Shown: positions 12,434 through 27,400, counted from the first letter of the stretch. The stretch is DNA of 64,000 nt from Perna viridis (GCA_037379345.1 CM074516.1:44615626-44679625); one strand, 5' to 3'. The notes: generated by a model from the sequence alone, not told the origin. Numbers and translations: made by a program.

Positions 12434-15400
12434 CTGAAATGAATAAAAACATGGCTTCACAAGTTTAAATCCATAAAACTTATGGTTGTCTGTTTTCCAT
12501 ATACTTAATTTTAGACTTAAATTTAGGGATAAATTGTTCGTTACTGTTTTTGTTTGTAGAAGCTTCCATTACAGCTGTACAAGATACATTATTTTGGAAA
12601 TATCAATAATATCTTTTGAGGAATGAGTGCCAGTTTTTACCCTAGCACTGCAAAAGATAACATCTTTAATGATTTTCCATTTTCAGAGAAGAGAGTCATC
12701 ATACTTTCTTTTGTCTTCTGTTTAAACATCTTTCATGTGTATTACATATTAAATTTGTTCCTTTTCCTACACCATACCTGTTAACCTTTTGAATGCTCAG
12801 AGAGGTACATCTCACTCTTTCCTAAGAGGGAGATTTAGCTTGACGACATTTTTCGCAGAAAAAAAGGGACAATTTTCCTAAAGATCCAATAACAAAGAGA
12901 CAAAGACATAAATTCTATGATAATCTCTGTAACCTAATAAGGATTTCTAATCAAAATCTGAGTAAAAATACAACAAAAAGTTTAATGATTGGATGATTGT
13001 TTCTCAATGGTTATTATTTTATGTAAACATTGTATTTATATCAATTTAATAAGTCATTTAGAGCATAATTTATGCAATATTTCTGCTGAGAGAGAGATTT
13101 TGGGGGAGAAATTTGTGAAAGAGGAAGATTTGTGTCTCATGTAGGAGACTTTTTCAAAGAGGGAGATTGACACAAAAAGAGGGAATCTCCCTTCCACAGA
13201 GGGAGGGTTAACAGATATGCTACAAACATAATACTCCTCAAATATGAACTTCAAGTAACACAGTTTCAAAGTTACTTACGAGAAAGAAAATAAAAAGAGT
13301 TGAACCAGTCAACAACCAACCCGATAGCACCATCTTTTCCCTGACTAACTTTTGACGTAGTATTTACACATAGCACTGTGGAATTGTTGGATTTCTCCTT
13401 AGTTACCTCCCCTTTAGATGATTTGTCTGGATTTTCTTGTAGTTCTCCTTTCCTGACCAAGTCCTGCTTGGCATCATCTGAAAATGCATGTTCAAACAAT
13501 TCTTTTAAGGGTTCTATCATAGGAAACAACCGAAAACAAAAAATCTATAAAACCAGACTTCAGTGAACTTACAATGACAAATAAGAATATCTAAAAAGAT
13601 TGTTGCTAAGAATTTTATATACTGAACATCTTTTACAGCTTTTCTGGCCTAAATTTAGTTTGCTTTCTAGAAGTACTGTGAACAAGCTTAGAAAAGGATA
13701 CTCTCTGCTTCAATCTAATTTTTACCTTTTTAATCCCATCAGTTGTCATTCTAATTAAAAGCTGATCTCTTTAAGCTCCCAGTTTTCTGTTATCTCATAC
13801 ATGACATAACAGAAAACTGGAGCTGCGAGTTTGGCTTTCAATTAGATTGATCAGTTGGATAATATTGCACAAAATTTATCTACCTTTCTGCACATCTACA
13901 TATGATGCCTAACCTTCCTATAAATTTCATTGAGAAATTCAGTAGATGTTGTTTATCACATTTTAACATGTAAAACATCAAGTTTGATTGTCTCCCTACA
14001 CAAACATCAAACAATAATTCTGGAACTTCAGAATTTTGTAAAAACAAATCACCTTTGTTCATTCTCATCTTGTTTTGAACAAGGACAAAAGTAAATCATT
14101 TTCATTGTAAAAAATTCAGAAAAATTTACTTTTTTGATAAATTAGCCAAATGTGATAGACCTACCAGCAGGATACATGTTACTATTATCTACTGGAGAAG
14201 GAGTGTTTAGCACTTTATATACAGCAGAAGAAGTTAATAGTGGAATGATAGAACTTGTCTCTTCCTTGTCAGGCTTTTTCTTCCGTTTCTTTTTTCTATG
14301 AAATCCATTCTTCCCATGGTGTCTCAGTCTATCTTTTAAAATCTTCTTTGGCACTACAATGAAATAAGACCAAATTAAAACTAAAAGAATTGTTAGTAAT
14401 GCTCAGTAAATTGATACCCCAACTCCCCTACTTGATAACATGCATCTTTTGACCTCCAAATTGATTTAGACCAAGATCTATGATAGAGGGTGCACAATGG
14501 CAATATGTAATAAAGACTCTCTGAAAGTTTTATTAAATTAAATTCAGTTGTGTAGAAGAAGGGGTTAGGGATAAGATATGGAGTATCCCCAATGTCAGAG
14601 AATTATACATTTAATGTTTACTGATGTGAGACCTAAAAAAACTTCAGAACACAATCTTAAATAAAAGATGGACATATTTAGTACTATATTAGGATTCTGT
14701 TATTCTGTTTCATGTTACAATTCCATTCAGAGGTGTAGTAGGAGTTACATATAAGAGATAAGAACTTCATGTCCCCATATTCACAAATGTTGCTATGTGA
14801 AACCCCCAAATTGGTTTGGATCAAACTCTAAAATAGGAGGTACACAATGGGAATATGTAATCACACAAGTTGCCGTATATGTTTTCAAATGAAAAATTGG
14901 AATTTTTAAAATGAAGTTATAGGGAGCTTCTCACTCAGGATATATAAACTTCCCCATAGTTTTATTTTAATTGTTGGAAGTGTTTTTCAGTTATTAAGAA
15001 CTTGAACCCCCTGTTATGAATAACTTACACTAACTCAAAAACTAAACAATTAAAATTTTTCAAAATAAAGGATTTTTCCACAAGGGATGTACAAACTGTA
15101 TACACTTTCTTGAAGTTTCAATTCAATTTGTACAAGCTTTTTTGAGTTATTATGTATCAACCTGCAGGATCGATGGATGAGGGTAAAACAATAGGCCCTG
15201 GAGGTGCACAACGGGAACATATAATATAAAGGCTCTATAAAAGTTTCATTAAATTCCATTCAGTGGTGTAGGAGGAGTAACAGATATGAAATGGGTACCC
15301 CTCTGTGTAACGGAAAGGGAGTGCGGACAGAAGGACTGACCCCCATCACTATATACCCACACTTTGCAAGTGGCGGGTATAGTAAGATAATTACATTGAA

Positions 15401-18400
15401 CAAGGAAACGTGTTAATCTGAAGAAAAAACAAAAACAAAAAAAAAACTACCAGATTATTAACAAAATCAAATTTTACAAGAAGTATGAAATAATAAGGTA
15501 TGAAACTAATATCTGGATAATATAACAACACCAATAAATATATGTGAATTATATACTATCTGTCATATTTTTGAAAAGTAACCAGATATTGATTTTTTTT
15601 TCAAAATTATCACAGTCAAATAGTCATTAGTTTAGGGATTACCATGCAATCAAACAAAACAGATTTGGGTATTACATGTACACGAAGTAAATGTACAGTA
15701 AAAAAATATGGGTAAAATCTATATTGGGAAAAGTGTGATTGCACTTTAAAGTGGACAAAAATCAGGTTTGTATATAATACAGGTGTATAATTAAAGAATA
15801 TATATTGAATCAAAAGTACATGTAAAGTATGGTATCCCCAGTAGGAGATCTGAACAGAAAAACTAAACTTTGTTTCAAACAAAATGCTGCCTTAATATTG
15901 ACATGTAAGATTATGGTAAAAAGAAATCCATACATCAAACAGCCCATAAATCAAAGAAACTTTTCACAATAACAAATATTGAATCCATTAATACATGTAC
16001 ATGTATTACAAAAGTCCCTACAAATACCAGGCTAGATAAACAAGATCAAAATATCCCTACTTAGACAAAAACATATTCATAAATAAGACAAAAAAAATCC
16101 CTTAAAATTCTTTGCCTAAGCTTGTGATATTTGGCACCATTATAAATGGCATCCTTGTGTCATATATCGTACATTAAATGATAAATCATAGTTACACTAC
16201 ACCTCTAATTAAGACCTTGTCCTTGGAGCGTCTTCCTGTTTTTTGTCATTTTTTCATAAGAATTTAAACCAACAATGAATGAGTACAAAGCTATATTGCT
16301 GAAATACATCTTAGAAATACTATTTGTCAAACAAATTTGATCTCAAGTCACTTTATACCTGTCATTTCACACCAGGTGGTCTTTTCTTTTAAAGGTTAAA
16401 AAAAAACAAGTTCAAAAAAAAAAATGTTCAATCACTGAGCTTGTTACCCCATCTGAAACATACCTCATTACTTATCTGATTTTAAAATACATTTCAATTA
16501 CATACACACTTCTAATTCCATCAAAAGGTAGACTTGAATGAGAACTAATAAAATTAAAGGTAGAATCTAAATGGGATTTTCCAGCCCTGATGCGAGGTGG
16601 AAGCCTGGGGACAGGGACACACACATTGTAGATCTCTTACTTAGGGTCAATCTGTGGTGAAAACTCTCGAAAGACTGAAGCTTTTGTATAACATTAAAGA
16701 ATATTAAAGCATATGTAGTTTGTCTGATGTTAGTTTATATCAGAGATAAAAACAAAACCTTATTTTTCTTACAGCAGATTTACTGAAACAATCTCCTTTC
16801 AAATTCTACACATAAAAGGACAATGCTTTAATAGGACCAATATTATACATAACTTGTAACAAGAAGCTGAATGCGTCACTTGGCTCTCATATGTTTACAG
16901 TTACCAATATAATGCTTCATAAGTCAAGCTTGATACCACTGCAAACTCTAAACAGTTGGTGTCAATATGAATACAAAATGATTCAGCTCAGAACTTGGAT
17001 TGTAATTAAATGTTTGACATGGCATATGATTCTTACCAGAATGAAAGTGGTTATAGAACTTTAAAGACATTTGCAATAGAATTTTATCTAATAAGACCTA
17101 ATATTCAAAACCTTAATTACAGGGAGCATACAGGAATGACATTGTCAGTTCAACCTCTCATTGATGTTGTAAGCACTTCTTGCTGCTTAAAAATTGTTAA
17201 AATATCATTTTTATCAGTAAATATTGCTAATATTACCTCCAAAGAACTATATAATGAAATTAATGTTTGCTTTTGTCTGCAGAAACATATGTCTCCCTCA
17301 TCCTGCAGACTGAATCCACTTGCAGTGTCCATCATGTCCACAGAACAGCTTCATAAAATTCAGTTGAGAGGCTGCAGAAAAGTTATTCTGACTAATTCAG
17401 AGAATTTGAACTGACAAGGTAATTATGAGAATTTTTGACAAAGTACTAAGTTCAAATGGCACACAAATTTCTCAGTTCAAAGGGGCATAAAACTTTCCTG
17501 CTAATCCGCACAGCTACATATAATGTTCTTACTGTATACCATGTTTCATATAATTTGGTTCAATAGTTTCAGAAGAGTTCCACTGATAAGGTAATTAATG
17601 AGGATTTTTGGCAAATTTTAACTGTGCACCCTCCTAATCTAAAATCCTGCATACACCCCTGTGAATACATAACTAACTAATCTAAGTTCAAAGGGCCACA
17701 ACTACAAGAATTGGGGGATCAAAATTTCCTGGTAATATGCACGATGTTCTTAATATTTCGTTAAATTTGGTTCAATAGTTTTAAAGGCTGTTAAGGTAAT
17801 TTATGAGGATTTTTGACAAATCTCTAAGTTCAAAGGGGCAAAACTTCTACAAAAATTAGTGGATCAAAATTTCCCAGTGATGTTCCTCCAACGTACCATG
17901 TTTCATAAAATTTGGTTTAGTAGTTTCAGAGGAGTTGTGTTGAGAAGGTAATTAATAAGGATTTTTGGCAAATTTCCCAGTTCAAAGGAACAAAACTTCT
18001 ACAAAAAGTAATGGATCAAAATTTCCTGGTTCAATGCTCAATTAAATATGATGTTCTTGCTACATACCATGTTTTGTAAAATTTGGTTCTAAAGTTTCAG
18101 TTTGTTTGTTTGTTTGTTGGGGTGTAACGTCTGAGCAGCAATATTTCAGCTATATTCAGACGATGCACATGAAATTGTGATAAAATGAACATGAAATGAT
18201 GATGAAATGAAAAAGGGATGGGACACAAGGACAATGGGGTTGACAAATTTTTATTGCCACTGGAAATAGGGAGAGGTGGGTAGGGTCGGGCAATTTAGCC
18301 TCCTGTGGCGGAGCCCTATGGTTCCTACTCCGGGAAAATACCACAGTAGGGTTCTCTAACGTGCGAGGAATGTGGCATCTTTCCCAACACGGTGCACTAC

Positions 18401-21400
18401 TATGGTTTGCCGTGAGGTTTTCTGTATTATAGCCTAACAACCCCAGCATGTAACACACCAGGGGTACCCCATTCCACCACCTGGGGCACACATCCCAGTT
18501 GCTCTGTGGGCAGAATGCCTTAGCCCCTGGCTAGGATTCTAAGCACTATTCAGTCGCCTTTTACGACAAGCTTAGCGCTGCTGCAGGCCTGTTAATTAAT
18601 GAGGATTTTTGGCAAATTTCTCAGATCAAAGGGGGATAACTTTTGCAAAAAGTAGAGGATCAAAGCTTCCTGGTGAAATGCACAGTTAAATATGATGTTC
18701 TTGCTACAAGCCATGTTTCGTAAAATTCAGTTCCACAGTTTCAGAGGAGTTCTGCTGACAAGGTAATTAATGAGGATTTTTGGCAATTTCTAACTTCCAA
18801 GGGGCATAACTCCTACAAAAATTAGTGGATTGTAATTTCCTGATAATATGCACAACTACTGTCTTAAGGGATTTCAGTGTTTGAGCTCCCATTTTTGTTT
18901 AAAAAATTTGTTAATTTCATGCACATAAGGGAAAAACTGGAGCAGTAGTAGCCTGAAACCCCTTCCTTTCGCTATCATTAAATGGAATATATCCCTTTAA
19001 CAAAAACAAAACAAAAAACTGACAATATGGAGAAAGTCAAATGGATCTGCCATAATGTGACAGATTATGTGCATTAATCTGCAGGTTATTAAAGAAAAAA
19101 AAATAAAAATGAACATATTTTTTGCCAGTGTAATGTCAAGTGTCCTGCTGATTTATAAACACCAGATGGTTCCAATCACATGTGTAGGTGGAAAACTTTC
19201 TAAACATAATGTGTTAAATTAGTTTATCTTTATAGGACTTTGTACACTTAGTGCATGCAAATGATTACATGTTGGTAATTACTATATCACTCAAAGTGGA
19301 TAAAAAAAGACGTCCTTACATTTAAATAGTGAATCTTACAGATTTTTGTAACAAGACATTTGCTAGACTATTTCTTACAATGGTTTTTGCAGAGAATGGC
19401 CATACCAGTTATTGTTCTTTACCACAGTGCCTTACCCTAGTAGAATCAACATTTGAACCAAAAGATTATGATAGCATACAATTTGGTTTTAACAAATCAA
19501 TACATCATGTTGATAAATAAGGAGACTGTAATACTATGAAATGTTAGTTATGTATTCACAGGGGTGTATGGAGGATTTTAGATTAGGAGGGTGCACAGTT
19601 AAAATTTTGGCGAAAAATGTTTTGAAGTTAAATTTTTGAAATATTCTTCTAGAGTGGTGCAATGTAGACATCTTTCAAAGTTACAACCTAAAACCGCCTA
19701 AATCTATCCTTGACAACCCATGTTTGCAAATTTAAGGGCCCCCCCCCCCCAGGCCCCACCTGAATCTGCTCCTGATTCATTCACATAGCCTTAAGTAAAG
19801 TATTAAAGTTTCAGTGAATTAGTTGTAGCATTATAAAATATGTGCATCTATCATCTGTTAATTAACAATCCGCATTTTTTGCCTTAGAAATGTCAAAAGT
19901 TTTGTTTAGATACATATATTTCATACCAGATGTTACAAATCAAAATTACAAAGGCTAAATGTTTCTGACATCAATAAGAATCCAGAGTTTGTAAAGGTCT
20001 ATCTCTATGTCTTTTTTTTCTTTAAAGGTATATAGAAAAAAAAACAGTAGTTAAGGCATATGTCTTAAAAATGCCATAAAGAGAATATAATTATATCTGT
20101 ACTTTTATGATACACTACAAAAACATAATGCATTTGCCATAATTTACATAAATTTACAATGCATATTAATGTACTTTTCTTCAAGATTATCCTCATGAAT
20201 CATTGAGACATTAGAAATTCTTTCCAAGATTGCTAAAGTATATAATGTCTTTGAGGGTATAGAGGGAATATTTGTAATAACTAACTGGGTAAGGGTTCCT
20301 TTGAAGTGTATTGGGAATATTTGTAATCACTAACTGGTTGGGGTTCCTTTGAAGGCGTATAGGGAACTAATTGGGTAAAGGTTTCATTGAAGGAAAGAGG
20401 AAATGTTTTATTGCTGGATAATTCTTCATTGGTACAAAAACACTTATCTTTTTTTAGTTTATATATAATTTGTATATAATCTATAATTAAACATGACTAT
20501 TTCTCATTCTTGTAAAGAGTTATTCAGTGCTTTTCAACAACAGGAGACCTTATGTGAACTTTACAAGCAAGTTTTGTTATTTATTTGAGTTGCTGACTAT
20601 ATTCAGGCCTTCACTTTATTTCTGTTCTCATACATAATGTATGTGCAGAAACATTTATAACAACAATGAAATTCTGGCTACTTAAGTCACACTTCTGTAC
20701 CTAAATAAAATTTAAATGTCCTAAATAAAAAAGTACCAAGAGACTGGGGTGCATGAATCATTTCAAATTTTAATAAGTTTAACCAAACAAAATTATCATT
20801 AGATGTACGATAAATTTAGATAAGATCCTGGAACGTCCCTATACCAGGAATTTCCCATACATCACCAGTAAGCCTAGGCAATAAGAATTTCAATGAAACA
20901 TAATTTGAATCACAAATGAAGGCCGTCTTACTTTTTATGTGATCAGAATTTATTTATACCGACCCATGTACAAAGCATTTGGTAATCACAGTATCAGCTG
21001 ATGTGTCAGTTCATGTTTTATGTTCCCTGTTCGGCTTTAATTTGGTTATTCATAAAACAGTTCTGCTTTTTTTTAAGTCAATTTAAATGTAACATGTAAT
21101 TTTGAAAGAAAGGTCTGTATGAACTCAACTACATTCTTACACAGGCAAATATTTTTCACGTGAAATTCATGTTAATCAAGCTTCACATGAAATTCATGTG
21201 AAATTCACATGAAATTAACATGATTTTCATGAGAAATTCACTAAACACGAATTTCATGTGAAGGCTCCATTCACCCAAACTTCACGTGAACTCTGTCACT
21301 TAGTTAATTTGCTCAATTCAGGTGAAAATCATGTGAAATTCACATGAAAATCACCTGAAATAAATCTGCCTGTGTAATATGGCCCTTTTTTAAGGACTAA

Positions 21401-24400
21401 TGGTAGACTTATAAAAAGTCTGGAATTTAACCTGAAAACAAATATCATGTAAGCATGCTACTGATTTTTGAATTATATCAATGGAGAACTTTCTGACTTA
21501 ATGAGGGTGATTCCACATAACTGAACAATAATTCAATAGTGAGATGTTTTGTAATTGAATCAGCTCCCATAATTTCATGGGATCCTTTAAAGCATATTTA
21601 TTGTCTGCTATAATTATTATGTTTACTGCATGTTGAGTCCATGAATTTTGTGGTGTTTACTTTAATGTCACTTTGCCCTTGTCAACTTGTAATTACAACC
21701 CATATCTCCTTCTAAACACAAAATAAATAAAGTAAATACCAAAACATGCAAGCTTGAAAAATAAAGTTGAGTACACTTTCAATGAACCTACATTTCATGA
21801 TCCCAGCTAATGTTAGTATAATTTCAAGGATTTTTCTTCTGAGATTTGGAGAAGTTTTACTGTGATGTTGTTCATGGAGTACCATTATTCATGGTATGTT
21901 TAGCTAGGTCAAGCCACATCTTTATTTCTAACAAGGGATATATTTACACACATCAACATTCAAATAAAATCCATGACCTTGAAAAATTTTCAAATTTTGC
22001 CAAAACCACCAAAATTGATACTTACTTACGGTATTGTTTTTTGGTTTCTGCATAACTTCATTAAATAAGGAGGGACAGTTTTGTATGAATACATGAATAT
22101 GGTACCTACCACATGTATAGGATATTGAGAGATATTTTTGTACACCAGGAGGACATGGATTTCCAAACACATATTCCTCAGCTTCTATCACACAGTGGTT
22201 ACGTCCATGACATCTCTTCATTACTTCTTCTGTTGCCGTTGAGGACTTACAGTCTGAAATACATGAATAAGACCTATAAATATTACAACTCAAAAGGACT
22301 GCCACAGTTTTAAGCAAAGATTTTCTGTAACTCTGTTGAATCAGTCTTTTGAACCAGTAGCACTTTTCATTTTAGGGTACTTTTGAATTCAATGATGTGT
22401 CAATTTCACATAAATCAGGCAATATATTTGGTGACAGTGTTCACATGGAACTTGTGTGAATTCACCCTTCACATGAATTCCAAGTGAAATTTTCATATGA
22501 ATATAGGGCATGAGAAGTAAATTTCACTTTAAAATCACAGAATTTTTTTATGTTAATTCCTGCAAATTTCATTGATGGTCATTTCACATGCATTTCATGA
22601 GGTCTATTTCAACAACTGTACTAGTCAATATAATAGTCACTTGTTATATATTATGAAATAGATGATAATGAATGTTGGTTTATACCAGATAATGGCAGGT
22701 ATTACATTTATCTTGTTCTATGTTTTCATTACTTAGATTTTTTTCCTTCATGTAGTTAAAAGATGCTGCAAGACAGACAATAAAGAGATTGTTTGTCTCT
22801 CTGTTTCAAGGACATCAGCATGGTTGGCAATATTCCCTGAAGATAGGCTATATCAACATGATGGAATAGTCAGAGATCATAATAAATTCTCCTTCCATCA
22901 ACAACTTTAACAAGACTTGATAAATGGGTTATTACCCTAAGTGAAGAAAACATTTGTTAAGTTATAGTAGGTCAATTAATTAATTGTTAATTCATCATCA
23001 TTTTAAATGTGATTAAGAAAACTATGAAGACATGTCATGCACATTAAATTATTCCTAAGGTGTCGTTTTGGCCGTCAATATAAACACATACAGTTCAGGC
23101 ATCTAAATAACCTCTTAACAGTATTATTATTTCTAAAAAATGATAACCTATTTAACCTTTATTGATAGAATTTAACATTTAAAATCCCAAACTGTCAATC
23201 ACTCTAACATAATCATTAGATAACTATTGATATAAACTGAAAGGCTGTGAGATAATATACAGATAAATAGTTTTAATGTTATGCAATACTGATATGAATA
23301 ATATTTATGACAGTGTTTGTAAACAGTGGTATCCAACTTAACACCCAGCTTAATTTCTGCTGAAAATTTAAAATCTATTGCAAGTTATGTATACAGTACA
23401 TAACTGCTGTGTAGTACCTTTTAATAACGGTTCTGTGTTGAGAGCTAAATACTACTCAAGATTTGTTAGGATCCTGAACTTTTCTATAGTGACCTATAGC
23501 GATACACAATGAATAAGCCATATCAGTGTTAAATCTTCAAGTTACATCAGATTTTACAATGCTTCACCTGATAATTGTTCAAATTTTGTCAAAAAAATCT
23601 GTAGATACCTTGTAAGTGTTAAGACTTTGTTAGTCTGAATGAAATTTCATAGTACTAACCCTTTTTGTCTTCACTTATACTCAAAACAAGGAAGTGTTTT
23701 CAAAGTACATGTACATGTACATTCTTAGAAAATTGATGGTGTGTCAGTTAGTTATTAACCACAATACATACCTGCATAGCCATAACCATTCTTTAAGCAC
23801 TTTGGTGTATTAGTTGTTGCTCTTCCAAACAACACAGAGTATATTGCAATTCTCCGAGACTTCTGATCGCAGCGAATATTTAGCTGATCATTTTCACATA
23901 CTGTTACATTCTGAAAATCACCTACAAAATACAAACAAACACAAAGTCAGAAGATTGTCTTTGATAAATAACTTGGATCCATATTGATTTTTTTTTTCAT
24001 TTCAGTGTAAAGTAGGAAGTGAGACAAATAAATCAGAAATCATGTTATTTTGTTTTTCTTCCAAATCTACTAACTCAGATGGTAACAATATGAAATTTAA
24101 ACAACCTAGTAACCATGGTAACCAAAAGGACATAAGTCTAACAGCCTCTTAAAACTTCTAAGTTTCAGATGGGAACTTAGTGTAAAATGAGACAACTTGG
24201 TATGGCACAGAATAAGTTCAATACATTCCATTCCAAAAATCCAATCCTGATTTTAATGTCTGCCAACTTATTAATTACTGTTAACGAATGACAGATAATT
24301 AGACAACTCTGTATCACTGAGCCAAAATCATAAGAATTCCACTTGTACATCAAACAGTAATCACCTTAAATTAGCTAATACCATAAACCAATAGATATCC

Positions 24401-27400
24401 AAACAGAAGCTACTCATCTTCTTTATTTGTTTGTAATTAGTAACAATAGTAAACAATTGTACAATCTCAGATCATCTAAAGAGATTTTAGTGCCAGCGGA
24501 TCCATCAAAATAGTTATATCACAGCTGCTATACTCAGACAATGTAAGCAGTGACATCTTCCCACTTCCTCAATCATTAAGTCTAGAACAAGCTATCACAA
24601 GTGGTTTTTTCAACAAGCCTTTTCTTCTGAGAATTGAATCTAATATTCATACCTAATAAGAATAGTACGAATCATATATCATATCATTCTGCCCGGTAGC
24701 AAACAAAGTATTTGAAAGAAACAGCCTTCCATTGACAATGAATTGACTTCGTGGAAACACCCTTCAACTGAATGCCTAACCCACACATCTGAGACAATTA
24801 TCAGAGGCAAAAGCTATCACTACTAAAATTTTACTCCAAGAAAGACAATAAGCCTAGATGTATTCATGTCTACATTGTGTATGTGGATAATCTCTGTTTC
24901 CCATTGTCCTGTTTTGATTGCCAATTTACTTAGGAAAAATTGCAACACATGTTTACCATATGTTTTTCATATGTTTAGGACCACCATGAAAACATATGAA
25001 AAACCTGTTTCTGACTTACAACTACATGTAATTCATGAAAAACAATTAAATAAAAGGCATATGATATTTACATGCTTTCAATAGAATTTCACACTTGAAC
25101 AGAGTATGGTTTTCATATGATTTCATGTTTTAAAAGCACAGAAACATATTTTACCATACTGGTCCTAAACATATGTTTTCATATGTTTAAAAACATATGA
25201 AAACATATGGTACAATTTTTTCTGTGCATATCAAGTGAAAATTGAAAAATTAAGAACAATAACTCCAACTGGAGTTTTACCAACTTCTAACAGTAATGGA
25301 ATTCTGGCCTAGCTGTAAAGGTCATTGTCAACTGAAAGTTTCATTCAATTTTTTATGGTTTTCAGCATAGATACCAATGGCAACAAAAAAGTGCCAAGTT
25401 TTGTGTCGCATGATAAAATCTATTATAAAAAAAATTGTCCTACAACTTGGATCAACAAAAAATTAGTAAGTGCTGCTAAAAAGATCATTTAATAGACAAA
25501 TGTTTCCAAGCTACATAAGACTGGAAGTCTACCACATCAGTTATCAGACATACCATGGTATAAAGCCATCCAGAGTTCAGTCAACTAACCCAATGACATT
25601 ATAATGAAACCAGACAGAGAATATTCTGATCAATAAGTCCCTAATGATTACAAATGTATTCTGGTAATTACTACTAATTACTTAACAGGTTGGCTTCCTA
25701 ACATTACAAAGGAGGTTGTTTACAGTTACAACTTTTATTGTTTGGCTTCAGAGAAAAACTGACTCATTCCGGAATAAGTCAATAGGGCTTGATGCTATAA
25801 TAGTTGATAAAGTAAAACTGTAGGGTAAGGGGAATGTAAGTACAATGTTTTGTTGCTCAATTAAACAATCAATTATCTAGTAAATATATGGGGCTTAGGT
25901 TGCCATACTTGGTGCACACCAGAAAACATCATCTCTTAATTTGTTGATGTCTTTAAAATTCATCTTGTACAATCCTATATTTTGTGACCCTATCTAAATC
26001 TGAACATATCCTGTAAAATATGTGTTACAGCACATCTTAACCAGAAGAGTTTCAAAAGTAGTTTTTGCCATTATAGAACATTAAAAGCCATAAAAGAGTA
26101 ACAGAAGACATTTGTCGCTCTAAATTAGCATTTGCAACTTAAAGAATAGGTCATTCACTGATAATAAACATCAAATTTCATAGGTTCCAATTTCCACTAT
26201 CCATTTGCTGAAGCCATTTGAAGGACTATCTAAATAAAACATGGTAGCAGATGGAGAAAGATTTGGAGAAGATTATGTAACAAGGATATCAAAGAACCAT
26301 AGAACAACCAGATGATATAATTATTATACATTTAATGGCTTCTCAATAGCATTATTGTCTGTATAGATATGGAAATCACATCATTTTAGAGGATGGGTAA
26401 TAATAGTACAGCATCTGTCTTGTTACTACAGGTAATACATCTACTGATCTCAGGCACATATACTGGGGTGATTTTTATACATCTACTGATCTCAGGCACA
26501 TATACTGGGGAGACTCAGTCACATGTACTGGGAAGACTCAGGTACATATACAGGGGAGATTTTTAAAGTCAGTTTTTGGTTTTGTTGGAATCTGTAAAGA
26601 TACAGGAATCACCTAAAGCTGGTGGATTTAAAGGCTGGTGATGAGCTAACACCTGATGATACTTAATGAACCAAAGTTCTGGTAAACAACTTCTGATGAA
26701 GTCAATTCCTAAACTTAGAATTGGGAAATATGGATTTTTATAAATTATGCAACAACAGAATCATTGTCTACATGTAATCATGAAAATCCTGATTTTATAA
26801 TAGAGGATGAGTTAGTACTAATTACCGATAAAGACATACAACAAATACAGTCAAATGCATTAGTCCTAGGAAAATTAAATTTCTAACCATTTCTCCAGGC
26901 TGAATACCTGCCATGCCAACTAAGATTGGGGAATCATGTATACGGAATAGAGGTCAAATGTATGAACCATGAGAAAACATCATGACACATGCATCTTTAT
27001 TTCATAACATAAAACCATTTTCTATACAGATACAGGTTCCACATCATGGCGCCAGAATTTTCGAGGATTGGTCACATGATCAGCAATCACAAGAGGATGA
27101 GCTAGAAAAGAACTTGCTGTGCCATCAGCCAACTGAATAAAAGTATAATGCAAGTTGTATTCACTTAGAACCAATCTCTAAACCAAAATATTCTAGCAGA
27201 CAATGTATCTTATATTAAAAGTTTAGATAAGAGAAAAAAGTTTAGAAGAAAGTTCAAAGAACTATTACCATAATCTGATTTTTAACAATCAATAATTTGT
27301 AAACCAGACCTGACTATATAAGTTATACTTACTAGGACTACATTTGTATTTGACCTTTAAGTACTTGGAGGTAAACGGACATGGATCTTGTCTGAAGGTT

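Noticed and set aside
13272-13280. Read-through of the exon 7 donor to a stop (secreted EVA1 isoform)
   Set aside because: The donor is consensus, I saw no clear intronic AATAAA, and in-frame stops are expected in AT-rich introns.
18156-18491. 111-aa minus-strand ORF
   Set aside because: Lies entirely within the GC-rich SINE-like insert; no recognisable domain.
17411-18860. Possible hammerhead-ribozyme (retrozyme) tandem array: about 170-bp units, one with CTGATAAG
   Set aside because: No conserved CUGAUGA...GAAA core across units; the monomer looks like an ordinary bivalve satellite/Helentron internal repeat.
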